Below are positions 13,771 through 28,455 of a stretch of 64,000 nucleotides of DNA, one piece after another (within the stretch, counting starts at the first letter, position 1; each line of letters starts with the position of its first letter). Source of the DNA: the human T2T-CHM13v2.0 reference genome, Homo sapiens. Both the position numbers and the translations under genes were made by a program. A model generated the notes under the pieces. The model was not told the origin of the DNA. It worked only from the letters and a program-made list of their open reading frames with translations, and ran no database searches. The stretch lies in assembly GCF_009914755.1 (NCBI RefSeq), contig NC_060930.1; one strand, given 5' to 3'.

Positions 13771-15708
13771 ATTAGCCAAAGGAGACTACTCTTATCCACT
13801 GTCTAGATATGGATTAACACAAATTAATCACAGCTAAAAGATAAATGTTTCAAATGATAAATATATAGAGCTATTATCTCTATTTATGAAGAATATCTTT
13901 ACTATTTGGCCCAGGAAGATTATTTCATTTTACTCCCTCACTTACTCTTTTACTTCTTTAAATGTTACACAGAAAATCCCCAGAGTAGATGGAAATCTGT
14001 CCTGCTAACCTAAACTTTCATAAAGCATATAGTGCAATGTTCCCCACATAGCTGTACTTACTGTAAAAGGGACAGTAAATGGGCATATTTTTCCAATACT
14101 TGATATATTTTTAAAACCATCTTTTTATTAAGAAATATGTATACACATAAATATTTGTAAATATATATGTATGTATGTAAACGTATAGTACTGCAAAACA
14201 GTAAACTATCATTAGACAACCGTCACAAAATGAAAAGCATAACAACGTTTAAGATGTCAACACTGCATCCTACATGTTAAAAACAGACCGTAAGTTATTC
14301 ATTGGTATATCCTTATTGCATAAATCAGATCGTTTTCCTAATGCCAGCACTAAGGAAGTAGTAGGTGGATTTCTGAAGAAGTGAGAAAAAAGCAAGAGTG
14401 TTCTAGCAGCTAGGGTAGGGAGAGACAACCGCAGAGCCATAAAAGGCATGGACTCCGGCTTTATTCTGTCTGCATTCAAATCCTGAATCCTAATAAGATT
14501 CCCAGATGTGGAAACTCATAAGACGTAGGGAAGAGTAAAGGTAGAACATGGAATGTTTTACATAATACAGTTTTTATTAAGACCAATAAAGTTGTAGAAA
14601 AAGAAAACCATAGTTCCAGGAAACCATATTTACGTGGTTTTTTTAAGTAAAAATATGCATTGTGCTGATGATGGTCTAAGATAAATCACTAAAATAGACA
14701 TGCTCCCTAAAAAGCCAGTCAGTATCTGCCTGAGATTTAAGGTGAATATGAATATTGAATTAAGAAATCAAAACATAAAAGATCAAAAATTCTGAAATGA
14801 TACTTTTTCCGTTTTTGCTTCATTGTTTTTGCTGTTTGAAGACATTACTTTCTTATCATGTCCTGGCTTATTAGTATATTTCTACTAAAAAATACTACTT
14901 TATTACTTAAGTTATCAGTCCCAACGCAGAATTTCCTCAAGTACAAAGAGCACATCCGATGTGTCCAGTAAAAGAAAACCTTCTAAATAAATTAACAATT
15001 TTAACTTTACTTTCTTCTAGCTGTAGACAGATGATTTGATATCTCCCACAAAAAAGAAAATACTCAAGGAGATATGATTCATTCCTCCCTGGAACATGGT
15101 CATGAAAAATATCTCTTCTAAGATTTCTTTCTATCTGTGAAGTTATAAATTCTTTAGTTTTCTATTCTTTGAGTCAAATGAGACAAGTCCTTATAGGATC
15201 CTTGTGAAACACAATCTTGGCTTCTTTCTGAGTCTTTGCTAAGTCCTCTACAATATACTTAAGGCACAATGTGAAGTGTGGGTCTAAAATGAAGGCCTGA
15301 GCTATAATGAAATAAGGCAATTTCTTTGTAGCTTGCTATGAATTATAGACCACTTCACGCATTTGGGTATTGGGCAAAGCAACATACAGGACAAATACGT
15401 GTGTGTTACCATAAACACATATCTTTACAAAATGAGCCCTTTTCAAATCTACCCTGGAAAATGCATTTTTTGTCTTTAATATTCCTACTAATTTCTCAAA
15501 TTAATGAGGTCATTGACTTAAACGCTTATTATTGAACTATGATTTCTATTCCAATTTTAGGTTGTCAAATCTAATACTGGCTCTGCATATGAGCTTAAAA
15601 TAATAGTAATTCATCAGATGTTATATTAACCACTGAATTACCTATTATCCAGGCATTAAACATAAGAGAAGATTCAGACATAAGTCCTATCTTTAAGAAG
15701 TTTTTATC

Positions 15709-16765
15709 CAGTGTAGTTCTGGTAAATGCTTAATAATTGCCTCTCCAAAAAATTGTATGCACGTGTGTCTATGCACATATACATACAAATTCATTAAACC
15801 TTTTACTGACATAAAGCATATGATTTATAACTAAAATATAGAATTTATTATACATTCTATAAACATATAACTTCAGTGTGACTTGCAAAATTTTTTGCAA
15901 AATCCACTATAACTTTTTATAATTGCATTGCCACAATAGAATCCCAATAAATCACAGCACAGATAAATGCTTGCTTATTATCTGATTCAGCAATGATGTC
16001 AATGTTATTGATAAACATGTATGGTTCTGACATGACTGTTATTTGACATTTTTATTTATGTTGACCAGTAAAATGAAAGTGAAATCTCAAATATGTATGT
16101 CAGAATCTTACTTGTTTCTTAATGATAGGAGCAACTTTGCTCTGAATTAGACAATGGTTTTGACATACTGGAAGAATATTTCCTCAATTTCGTGTTCCAT
16201 TTACAATGTAAAGGTTATAGGAATAATACACTTTTAAATAAATAAAATGCTCTGAATTAGACAATGGTTTTGATATGCTGGAAGAATATTTCCTCAATTT
16301 TGTGTTCCATTTACAATGTTAAGGCTATAGGTATAACTAACTTTTAAATAAAATCTGCATAATTAACATTTTCTCCATAGCTTTCTTACATTTAGATAAG
16401 GAATAAAACAAAACGTCAAGTCCTGGCTTTTAGCATTTGTCAATATCTGTAGTGTAAAAACTCTTATTACAGCTGATTTTAAGCTATCACCACATTAGCA
16501 CTGAAAACAGACTTGGGAAGAGGTGAACATTAGCACACCATTATATGTTATTCCCACCAAACAGATACACTAGACATAAATAACCAAAAGAGCACAGATT
16601 CTAACATAATACATACTGATGAGTCTGTAAATGTTTATCTTCAATATAATCTATTTCATTTAAAGTTGTGTAATTCAATTTTTAATAATGACTGTGTTTA
16701 ACAATCAATTTACAAAATTCCTAAAAATTTTACAAATCTTGTGAGCCAGTATGAGTCACCTCTGC
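15709..16765 (-). mobile_element. MER63-family (hAT-Blackjack) DNA transposon with internal 110-bp tandem duplication
   Basis: Ends cagtgtagttctggtaaatgcttaa and tgtttaacaatc...aaaattcctaaaaatttta...gagccagtatgagtc; internal ttgggaagagg...agcacaccattata matches recalled MER63. Confidence 0.7.
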
Positions 16766-16779
16766 TCTTGGTTACTAGA

Positions 16780-17690
16780 AGATATCAACAAATGTATATG
16801 CAATTGAGATACCAAAGAAAGCACTCCAAGAGTATGTAACAGGTGCTATGGAAGCACACTGGAGGAATGGCTAAATAGGTCTGAGGATTTCAAGGAGAAT
16901 TTCCCCGAAAAGTTGTTGTTTGAGATTGGTATTTCAAGATAAATAAATGTTTTTCAGATTGATAAGCAGGTAAAATGAGAGCATTCCATTTCCAGGTGCA
17001 CCAAGTGTGAATGCATGGCATTATGAAACTAAATTGTGTTTTGTGAGCTGCTAGTAGCTAGATCTAACTAAAGCACAAAATGTCTAAGAAACAGTAGGGA
17101 GTTGGACCAAGGAGCAGAAAGGGTCAGGTCTGAATTGTTTTCTATAACATGGTAAAGGGTTTATCTATATCTAGTCGACAAAGAAGCCATTGAAGGGTTC
17201 CAGGTGGTAGAATGACAAATTTAGATCAACATTTTATATATTTTGACTCAAAAATAAAAATTACCAGGGCTTTGTAGAGTAGGCTCCATTTTCCCACTAT
17301 TTTCTTGAACATGTTATCATAGTTACTGTAAAGTCCCTGAATGATAACTCTAACATCTGAATTACCCATGACTATTTTTTTCCTCTTAGTTTTTATTGTT
17401 ATTGTTTTTAACATGTCTTATGGGTTTTCACTGAACTGTTGATATAGTGTAAGGAAATTTGTGAAAGCGTTGGCTGATGGTATTTTCTTCCAAAAAGCAT
17501 TAAGTGTTTTCTTGTCAGGTCATTAGGATAGCAACAGGTAACCGTGATACGATTAAGAGTTGGTTTCAGGCACCTGGATATATGAGTTTGAAGCTTAGAC
17601 AGTTTGAGCTAGAGATATGGCTCTAGTAGTCATCAACATATGCATGGCAACCATAATAACCACCATTGTCCACTGAGAAGACAAACTTAA
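16780..17690 (-). mobile_element. L2 fragments (interrupted)
   Basis: aacaggtgctatggaagcac, aagccattgaagggtt, gctagagatatggctctagtagtcatcaacata. Confidence 0.55.
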
Positions 17691-18204
17691 TTTACAGAAA
17701 GCTCTACGTGAACACAATGTTCCAAGCACTACTTCCGCTCTAGGAAATGAGGGCACAAGGTCAGCTGTAATAAATATATTTTGTACAGGAAGACCCCATT
17801 TAAAAAAATCAGCCTTGAATTTACCCAAAAGATATTATTTCTTGAAAGGCCTTATTAAATCCCCATGCCAATGTTTTTTGTTTTTTTGTTTTTGTTTAAC
17901 AGAGACCTGTGAAAATTTCTGGCTCTACTCTTACATGCATTACTACCCCATAGACACAGAATCAAAAAGTTCTAAAAAGAAAAAAAAATGGAATGGTAAA
18001 CAGAATATGTTAAATTACCTCTAGATAGAGCTTTTCTAATCAGTACTAGTTTATGGAGCCTAAGATATTTGAAGGTTGCTTGCAACTCAGAAAAGGGAAT
18101 CATCACATAAAAATAGTTTAGAAACATCTCACCACATATTTTGGGAAATAAATATGTTTTGAAACTATTTTATTACATCACTGACAGTTCAGATAATTTT
18201 AAAA

Positions 18205-18345
18205 AATAATTTCAACTTTTATTCTAGATTAAGGGGGTACATGTTGACTTTTGTTACATGAGTATACTGTATTTTGCTGCGGTTTGGGGTATAAATAGCC
18301 CTATCACCCAGGTAGTGAGTATAGGACTCAATAGGTAGTTTTTCT
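18205..18345 (-). mobile_element. L1PA15/16- or L1PB-like 3' terminal fragment
   Basis: tttcaacttttattctagattaagggggtacatg...atcacccaggtagtgagtatag. Confidence 0.8.
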
Positions 18346-18370
18346 TTACCTATTTAAAAAGTCAAGTAGG

Positions 18371-18440
18371 ACCACAGGAAATTGCCATTTTTGTAAGTCA
18401 AAAATTGTCAGATGTTGGCAATTTCCTAAGTTCAACCTAA
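18371..18440 (+). mobile_element. MADE2 (Hsmar2-derived MITE), left end degraded
   Basis: gaaattgccatttttgtaagtcaaaaattgtcagatgttggcaatttcctaagttcaacctaa matches recalled MADE2. Confidence 0.75.
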
Positions 18441-20351
18441 CACTAATATTAGAAACTGTGAAATTGACATGTTTTTGTCAACTAAAGAGAACAGAAGTGT
18501 CTTGTGATACCAGTAAGTCATTGCGGCTTCTAGAAGAAAATCATTTAGAAATTTAAATGATATGAAATGTCATTCTGACTCTGTTATATACCCACATTTT
18601 CTGTGAAGACTTTAAAAATTAACAAGTCTTTGTGACAGATTTAGCATCTGTTCATTATTTTCATTTGGATTTTATTTTCTATAAAAGGTCAGCAGGCATT
18701 ACAATAAAATACATAAATTAAGGGAAATAATGTGGAATATTCTTATGCAGTTGAGAGAAAAATAAAGTGAAAAGAGCAATAATAATCAAGAACCATTAAA
18801 TATTCTATAATTAAGTAATTTAATTATGAGGGTCAAGATAATAAATTGTCACCAAAAACTAAAATGCTAGGCACAAAAGTGATTTGCAAATGCTGCCCTT
18901 TAATATTATTGAATATAATTAACAGGTCAGATAGGAACTTAACATTTAACTTACTTTATGAAGTGTGGTTAATTCTTAAAAACGTGTCCCTGTCTTAGCT
19001 TATTTAAACCATAAGATGCATAGAATGTCTACTTCATATATGATCTCTTGTTACTACAAAAGCACTTCATGGTAATAATCAAAAATTTAAAACATAAAAT
19101 ATTACTACAACAAAAACTAACTGTACAATGCCAATATTTTGATAGTTACTATTTCTTTAGGATATAAATTATTAATGCTTGTGTATTCTCTTGACTATGG
19201 GTTACTTATAATTTTCCATGTATTTTTTCTTTAAAATGTTACATTCTATCTGTGGTATTGTTACATTCTCTCTCTGATATTGAATAGATTAACTTCTGAT
19301 AAAATAAGAAATATTTTAATAGTCTCTTCCATCTCTTTTTTCCCACTGAAAGCATGACTAGATTGCTGGCTTGGGATGATATGGCAATGGTTACTCCCCA
19401 GTATGCAGCTTTTGTTACTGATGCAACATGGGAAGTCATTATGTATTCAAAACCATATGAGATCATAAAGGTACACATCCTCAGTGAGGTCATTAAACCT
19501 AACAGTTTAGCTCTGCAATTAGGCAATATACTTAAATCTTTGGAGTTTTCTATAGAAATCAGTAAATCAGTCTCTAATAAAAGGAAGCTATTCTGTACCT
19601 TCCTTTCCTATGTAGATTGTAGCTGCTAAACAATTTTCCCTTATATATGTACACTCAATATAAAGGCTGGAAATTGCATATTTCTGAAATCTAGATTCTC
19701 TGGAAATTAAAAGCTCCCAAGGAACTATAAGACATTCTCTGCCAGCCATGCATATGCAAGACAGTATTCTACATTAACAAATTAATCTCTGGGGAGGCTA
19801 ATGCTAACTTTTCAATCAGCCCAGTAAAATCAAATAACAAACCTCAAGAGACATACGTGGAAGTTGTATATATTTAAAAATAAAATTAATAATATACAAT
19901 TCAAGTGAACACCATTCATAAACATATATAACAAGCATGCATTGGGAGACCAGTAAAAGCCAGTATGTGACACACTTACATACACAGTTACTTTGTTAAA
20001 AACCAAAATCAAGCCTATATGGCATGTTCTGTATCTTTACACCTACTTAACAGATTAGGAAAATGAGAAATAATTTCAGGAGATCACAGCCCACGAGGAA
20101 GTGTCTTGGCTACAATGTAAACTCAGTTATCTGGCACTGTCTAGTATTTACTCTCTAGTTGCTTTACTAAAGGCCTAATATCATTAATGGCAAAATACAA
20201 TTCTCATGACTTTTTAAATAATTTCGTTAAGTTTACAATAGTAACACAAACACAATTTGGGATTTTACCTGTTAAAACATGTACTGAAGAAAAATGAAAA
20301 AAATTGGGGTTAATAATTTTGTATTATATTTGTAAAAATCAGTGTTTTATC

Positions 20352-20820
20352 CTTATTTTATTTTTTTAATTTTATTATTATTATACTTTAAGTTTTAGGG
20401 TACATGTGCACAACGTGCAGGTTTGTTACATATGCATACATGTGCCATGTTGGTGTGCTGCACCCATTAACTCGTCATTTAGCATTAAGTATATCTCTTA
20501 ATGCTATCCCCCCCCTCCCCCCACCCCACAACAGTCCCCGGTGTGTGATGTTCCCCTTCCTGTGTCCATGTGTTCTCATTGTTCAATTCCCACCTATGAG
20601 TGAGAACATGCGGTGTTTGGTTTTTTGTCCTTGCGATAGTTTGCTGAGAATGATGGTTTCCAGTTTCATCCATGTCCCTACAAAGGACATGAACTCACCA
20701 TTTTTTATGGCTGCATAGTATTCCATGGTGTATATGTGCCACATTTTCTTCATCCAGTCTATTGTTGTTGGACATTTAGGTTGGATCCAAGTCTCTGCTA
20801 TTGTGAATAGTGCCACTATA
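20352..20820 (-). mobile_element. 5'-truncated L1PA3-like 3' end
   Basis: Poly-T tail then ttatactttaagttttagggtacatgtgcac; encodes ORF2 C-terminus [27 protein letters not shown]. Confidence 0.95.
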
Positions 20821-20906
20821 AGCAGTTTTATGAGAATATAAAATGTAAAGAACTATGCATATCTGAGATTTTAATATACTTTAAGTTAATAAGCTAGTCT
20901 ATTATT

Positions 20907-21287
20907 GTGTCATGGATGCTGGCAGAAGACATAACTCTTGGGTCAAAAACAAGGACTCTATTACACACCATAAATTAAAAGCCAGGCCTTCATATTGGCT
21001 TGCCCTACATCCCACAGGGCAATGAAAGTGTGTCCAGGTTAGATGCCTGTACACTAAGTGGGTTATATTGCAGGGTAGGAACAGTGAGCTCATGGAATGT
21101 AAAGTAAGTGGAAGCAAACCTGCTTTTACTTTGGGGATAGATGCTATCCATTCTTTATGTTACTAGCTGCAAGCGCAGTCCTGATAAATCATCCAAGTAA
21201 AGAGTAATTAGGGCCTTGTATTCTTGGCATAACCAGCCAGAAAGCACAAGGATGCTCAGGATCCATAGCAAATTGTGTCTCCTACCA
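20907..21287 (-). mobile_element. Solo ERVL-class LTR (LTR47B-like)
   Basis: Reverse complement starts tggtaggagacac...ggatcctgagcatcc...ttatgccaagaatacaaggccct...aagcaggtttgctt, resembling recalled LTR47B. Confidence 0.55.
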
Positions 21288-22767
21288 AGAGATGAGCAAA
21301 ACACATGAAAACTGGGAGTCCTTCAAAAGTGATTTGCTGTATTGAGGAGGGAAGGGCAGATGGTTATACTGTTTCCTTGTTTATTTGATATCTCCAGCAA
21401 ATGACAATATGTGCCTTTACTTTTGTCTCTTCAGCTTTATCCTTTTTATCCTTTATCCTTTTTTTTCTGGATTCCTTTGTCTTCTAGAGTTCTATATAAC
21501 ATTTTACCCAAGGGGAGTACAAGCCAGTAATCTTTTCTTATTAGGAGAAACAGACCTTGTCAATTGTCAAACATTGTGAGATACTATCTCCTAACAAACA
21601 TGGCTATTTTAGTAAGACTACCCAGTTCCTACAGAATATTAACATTTACTACCGAAACTTTCAAATCTGTTTTCCTTTTTTTGGGAAGAATGACTGAACA
21701 TTAATTTCAATAGTTTTACAAGTTTCAAAGCTCATCTAACTATTTTTGGTGATGAACACTATTTAATGTGATTTAGGTTTCCAAGTAGGTGACTCTTAAT
21801 CATGAACAGCTGCATTTCCTGTTTAAAAAGGAAGCAATATAGTAAACAAAAGTACATTTTAAACTCTGGATTAAAAAATAATACAACTTGGCACTTGGTG
21901 GGGACAAAAGAAAATTTGGCTATTTAGAGATTGCTTCTAGGCTATAATTAAAAGGAGATATCCTGAAACATTTTAGTAATTTTTCTCTAGTATGATAAGA
22001 AAGGATGTTAACTTTGTATTTTTTGAAAATATTCAGTTGTCAGTAGGTTTCCTTCGACTCCCATTTTTTAAAATGCTTTTTAACACCTTAGAAATCAGGT
22101 AGCAATCTGTTCAACCCAGTTAATGAACAGAACTATGACTAATGAAACTGGAGTTTAGAGTAATGAAGTGCTAGTTTGCTAATGGATCTATTTTAAATGT
22201 GTTAATGCTTTATGTACTTCATATTGTAGGCATCCTTGCTGCTTCAGGATAGAACCCAAAGCAAATGCTGTAAAGTCAGTGGCATAAGTCTCTAACGCCT
22301 TCTAATACACTCACCAGAAAGAGACAGATAAAATTGTTAATGCTGTCATGACTAAGAACAAGATCAAGTTTTAGAAGCCAACTTGTGTTTTTCACTTCTA
22401 AGTACCAAAAGGTTAAAGATGAATAAAAGGGCATAGACATATCTTACTATATTTCTAATCATAGAAATCCAGCGGACTGGCCACACAAGAGGAGAGTTGT
22501 TGTTTCTAAAAGGGTCTTTTTCACGGCCAATTATTTATATAGTGCCTTGACGTTGCTGCTGTGTGTAAAATAAAATAAAATATTTTATTTTGTTTTATTT
22601 GCTCACACCTTTAAGTGGGGTTAAAAATACTTGATAATTGTGTTCTCCTTAACTATATTGTCCTTAAGAATAAAGAGTGCGTGTCTTACATTTCTTTAGA
22701 ACTTGCCCCATTTCTGTTGTCCCACTAGTCACTGAGACTTAGTACTTAACGTTTTTTTCCCAAAAAG

Positions 22768-23880
22768 ATTTTATTTTATTTTAGTTTAGTTTAGTTTAGT
22801 TTAGTTTAGTTTTATTTCACTTTAAGTTCCGGGATACATGTGCAGAATGTGAAGGTTTGTTACATTGGTGTACATGTGCCATGGTGGTTTCCTGTTCCAA
22901 TCAACCAGAAAGAGACAGATAAAATTGTTAATGCTGTCATGACTAAGAACAGGATCAAGTTTCAGAAGAGAAGTTTAGAAGACGTCATCTAAGGTTTAAG
23001 CCTCGCATGCATTAAGTATTTGTCCTAATGCTCTCCCTCCCCTTGCCCCCCATCCCCGACAGGCCACTGTGTGTGATGTTTCCCTCCCTGTGTCCATGTG
23101 GTCTCACTGTTCAACTCCCACTTATGAGTGAGAACATGCTGTGTTTGGTTTTCTGTTCCTATGTTAGTTTGCTGAAGATGATGGTTTCCAGCTTCATCCA
23201 TGTCCCTGCAAAGACATGAACTCATTCTTTTTTATGGCTGCATAGTATTCTATGGTGTATACGTGTCATATTTTCTTTATCCAGTCTTTCATTGATGGGC
23301 ATTTGAGTTGTTCCATGATTTTGCTATTGTAAATAGTGCTTCAATAAACATACATGGGTATGTGTCTCTATAGAAGAATTTATATTCCTTTGGGTATATA
23401 CCCAGTAACGGGATTGCTGGGTCAAATGGTATTTCTCAATGGTATTTCTCAAATGATATTACTCAAGATGGATTAAATACTTAAATGTAAAACCCCAAAC
23501 CATAAAAACCCTAGAAGAAAACCTAGGCCATGCCATTCAGGACATAGGCATGGGTAAAGACTTCATGACTAAAACACCAAAAGCAATGGCAACAAAATCC
23601 AAAACAGACAAACGGGATCCAATTAAACTAAAGAGCTTCTGCACAGCAAAAGAAACTACCATCAGAGTGAACAGGCAACCTACAGAATGGGAGAAAATTT
23701 TTGCAATCTACCCATCTGACAAAGGTTTATTATCCAGAATCTACAAGGAACTTAAACAAATGTAAAAGAAAAAAAAAGAAAAAAAAAAACATCTAAAAGT
23801 GGACGAAGGATAAGAACAGACATTTTTAAGAAGAAGACATTTATGTGGCCAACAAACATATGAAAAAAAAAGCTCATCAT
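22768..23880 (-). mobile_element. 5'-inverted L1PA7/8-like element with (TTTAG)n-derived tail and an internal templated insertion
   Basis: 22768-~23435 is the L1 3' end on minus; 23461-23880 is upstream ORF2 ([14 protein letters not shown]) on plus. Confidence 0.9.
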
Positions 23881-24738
23881 TTCTTTGTGTTTTATATTGC
23901 TATTTTAGGACATGAGAAACCAAAGCTTAAAATGTTGTTGGCATCATCATAGCTGATCTGATTCAAATTATCTAATTCAACTGGTGTTAGACAGAGAATG
24001 AATCAGGAAAACCAAAACAAAAACAGCATAAGAAATCAACATCCCATAATGATTCCTGCCAAACTTCTTGGTGTTATGTTGGTTGTTCAAAAGGAATTTT
24101 GTAGCTTTTAAACAAGAGCACGATGACATGATGCACCTATTTAATATTTTTAAGTTTTTGCCCCCAAAATACTTCAGTTCTGATCTTTAGTAATATTTTT
24201 TCAATTAGAAAGAATTTAAGAACCAATCACTTACATTGATAAATGTAAAGCAATTTTTACACATTATTTCACACAACTATCACTTTCTAGTAAATTATGC
24301 ATGACAAATGCATATCAAAATGAAGTAATTAATTTTCTATAAGCCAGTTAAGTAATCTTCATTTCCATGGTGGCTATTTTTCTATCATATGGTACCGAAT
24401 GTTACAAAAATTCCTTTGTTATCCTGAAAGGAAGGCATTTTTAATTGTTTTGGTATTCTTATCATTGGAAATATATTAACAATGCCCTTGTAGTCATCTT
24501 TAACCTCTGGTACATAAGAGTAAAAAGCATGAGTTACCTTCTAAAATTTAATCCTGTTCTTAGTCATGACAGAATTACCAATTTTATTTTCCCAGAATGT
24601 TGTTTTCTATTTAGCAGTGCTGGTTAACAGATAAAATGTAAATGTTCAGGTTGTTATTAATAAAAAAGTATTTTGATATTATTTGAATAGGGAGGGGCCT
24701 CACTGCTAACTTAGGTTTAGTTCTGATCCTTAATATTC

Positions 24739-25023
24739 TTTTTTGAGACAGAGTCTCACACTGTTGCCTGAGCTGCAGTGCAGTGGCATGATCTCAGCTC
24801 ACTGCAACCTCTGCCTCTTGGGTTCAAGCGATTCTCCTGCTCAGTCTCCCAAGTAGCTGCGATTACAGGCACCTGCCACCATGCCCAGCTAATGATTTGT
24901 ATTTTTAGTAGAGACGGGGTTTCACTATGTTGGAAAGGCTGGCCTCAAACTCCTGACCTCATGATCCGCCTGTCTTGGCCTCACGGAGTGCTAGGATTAC
25001 AGGCGTGAGCCACCACACCCAGA
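24739..25023 (-). mobile_element. AluS (Sg/Sc-like) with very short tail
   Basis: Full dimer; TSD cttaatattc (24729-24738 / 25024-25033). Confidence 0.95.
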
Positions 25024-25549
25024 CTTAATATTCAAGTTTTTAAATTACTCTCTCCTACTCTGGTAAGGGTATTTATTTACTTATTCATGTATTTATTTAT
25101 TTTTGATACCTCAGATTTTGCTTAGGGCTGATGACTTAGGGCTACCCTGGATACCAGCAGTCCTGGAAGCCCACCATGTGAGCAGGAAGAGGCCCTCTAT
25201 CAATATTGCAAACTCACCAGGTCTATATTAAGTTTCACATAAGATGTCTTTGAATAATTGCATCTGAAAAGTTTTCAAATATGTTGGTATACAACATTCT
25301 GCTGTATTAATAAACATTTTTATATATTCTATTGTAACTATCAAATGTAACTTATATGGGCTAAACATATCAGTTTGCCATACAGAGACCAAAATTTTCA
25401 TCAAAGGACAATTCAAATTGCTGTATTATTCTATTAACTATTTATTTTCTGGGTAGTGATTCATTTCTTTCCAAATTTCGCATTGTGTTTGTTTATAATG
25501 TTAAAACTCCTGTTATGTATCACATTTGGAGACTTCATATATGCTAGTA

Positions 25550-26107
<558 letters not shown>

Positions 26108-28455
26108 AATAACTAGTAAATAGCTGTCTATGAAAATAGCTGATCAGAAATTTTTAAAATATGTTTTCTTCTTTAGTTCAAACTTTACTGTAGAAGCATA
26201 AAAAGCCAAAGCACTTAGATTTATAAATGATGTCAGTTTGAGAGCAAAATTATACTTTTTGAATCTGCTCTTCATTTCTCATTCATCTTTTCCTGTCCTG
26301 TTGTTTAAATTATCCTTGATTTTCTCTTTTGTGATTTTAAATGATTCAGTTTTTCAATAAATGAGATGAACTAGTAGCTTGGATGACATTTTCTATATGA
26401 TTCACTTCTTTGGTAACACTGAAAAATAAAACGGAGAAAACATTAATGACATCATAATCTCTGAGAGTTCTGGGGAACGTTTCAATATGCAGACACCGAA
26501 CAATATCTAAGAGCAATCAGCCTGGGGACATGAAAAATACTTCTTGACTCTGCACATATCCTTATAAACATTTTAAAGAATTAACAAAAGGGAAAAAATC
26601 AGATCCATATTTCCAAGTCTTTGATGATTAAAAGACTGTTATTTTAAAGAAGAATCTTGTGTTGTCAGTCTATATTTGTTATTGTTTTCTTATAAACTAG
26701 TAGAATGACCTCTAAATTTTATGCCTAAGGAGGGTTTCAGCACTCATAAAAATAATAATGAGGAGTTATTTTTAAGAATATAAAGGATCACTGTGTGAAA
26801 AAGAGTAGAAGATATCAGATATATCTTACATGTTATCTAATTTTTAAAAGCCACAGCACCAACAAGATAACATTCTTAACATGAGGAATATCTTAAATAT
26901 AGAAAGAAGAAAACAGAGATTGACAAAAGCATCAAAAGAGACAAAAGGTCATTCTTTTAAAAGTCTCTGATATACTTAAATCTGAGGAAGGCTCATGAAT
27001 ACAAGCTTCCTTTAACTCCAGTGAAAAATGGAAATTGACATGAAATGAGCAGAATAATTGTGATCGTGCTTATACAAAGACTGGTAAAGTGGGAAACAAG
27101 AGGAATAAGCCAGGCCAGCCTATGGGGTTCAGGCTGTTTCTAACTGGATTTCTGTTCAATCTTGATTAAGACTTTTAGCTATGCAGCTTGTAGTGGGTTT
27201 TGTCTTTCTGAAATTCTGCTGTTCTTATATTTACTGCATTATGTCTGGATTCTTATGTACCAGCACCGTCAGTTTCGCCTGTTCAATCTGCTAACCCACC
27301 AATGGTGCTTGGCTCACTACTTCTACCACATTTCTTGGGAAAGTAACCAACCAAGTGTCTTTAGACAAAACCGTCTTCTGATTCTAGGTCTCTATATCTT
27401 GTTTTCAACTTTCTTTGTTTCCCTTTTTCACATTTTGCTTATTTACCAGGGAGTAACTGCCTTTCTTCTTCTCATTTATGACCAGAGAAAAAAGTAAAAA
27501 AAAAAAAAAAAACATCTAGGAGGCAATACATCATCACGGGAGTAGTCAAATTTGGCAAATGTTACAGTTCCTTCCAACATGGAATTTCTATGTTTCTAGT
27601 TTTATTTTGAGTAGCCTGCATAGAAAGTGTTAATATATCTCTATTAAGAATAAGGTAAATGATGACAAAAATTATCACGATTGCTATTATTATCATATAC
27701 GACTAAAAATACAAATATATAATTTTATATTACTTTATGTCATAATATAGTAAAAGAACTTTGATTGATATATTTTAAGACCTGTACTAAATACTTGCAT
27801 AAATTATTCCATTTATTGTTAAGAAGCTGCTACTTATACCCATTTTATAACTGAGGATAACCTTGTATGATTTCTAAAGTAAAATTGTGACAGTCTAAAG
27901 GAACAGTGGCTCAATTTCTGATGTTCTTGACTATACCTTACATTTTCCATCATACTTTTTCAAAATTTATACACAGTTTTCTAACTGCTGCAATTACTAA
28001 TGGCTTCTAAATGTTGATTCCTACATAAGGGATAATATCTTCACATTTGTAATCATCTGAGTTCCAGGGGCTACTGATAATCTGCTAATCTGGCAAAGGG
28101 GTTCATCCGTGGCAGAAACAGTAAGAATTGTGTATGAGATAAACTTCCTCAGGGGTCACACACAGAACAATGTGCCCTATTGCAGGAGTGCACTTTACAA
28201 TGTAAAACATAAGAAGAATGTGCCGAGAAAAGGGGACAAGGCCATCTGCTACATGACACAAGTCTGAACTGTCCATGCTGCAATTCATCCTGAGTCCTTC
28301 ACATTTTCACTTAAAAACATAACACTTAAATGTTGTGTAGTGCTGTATTTTGTCTGGAAAAGTAGGAAGGAGCTGCTATTTTAATTTTAGGGATTAACCA
28401 AATTGGCACAGTCTGATTGAAGGAATGGCCTGTTAGTAGAAAGAAGCTAGAGAAA

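Noticed and set aside
19239-19629. Overlapping 91/95-aa ORFs in apparently unique sequence
   Set aside because: No recognisable protein similarity, no poly(A)/TSD of a retrocopy; length compatible with chance
25212-25265. Possible 46-nt cryptic exon (CTG|GTGAGT donor on minus)
   Set aside because: Acceptor pyrimidine tract weak; no supporting evidence
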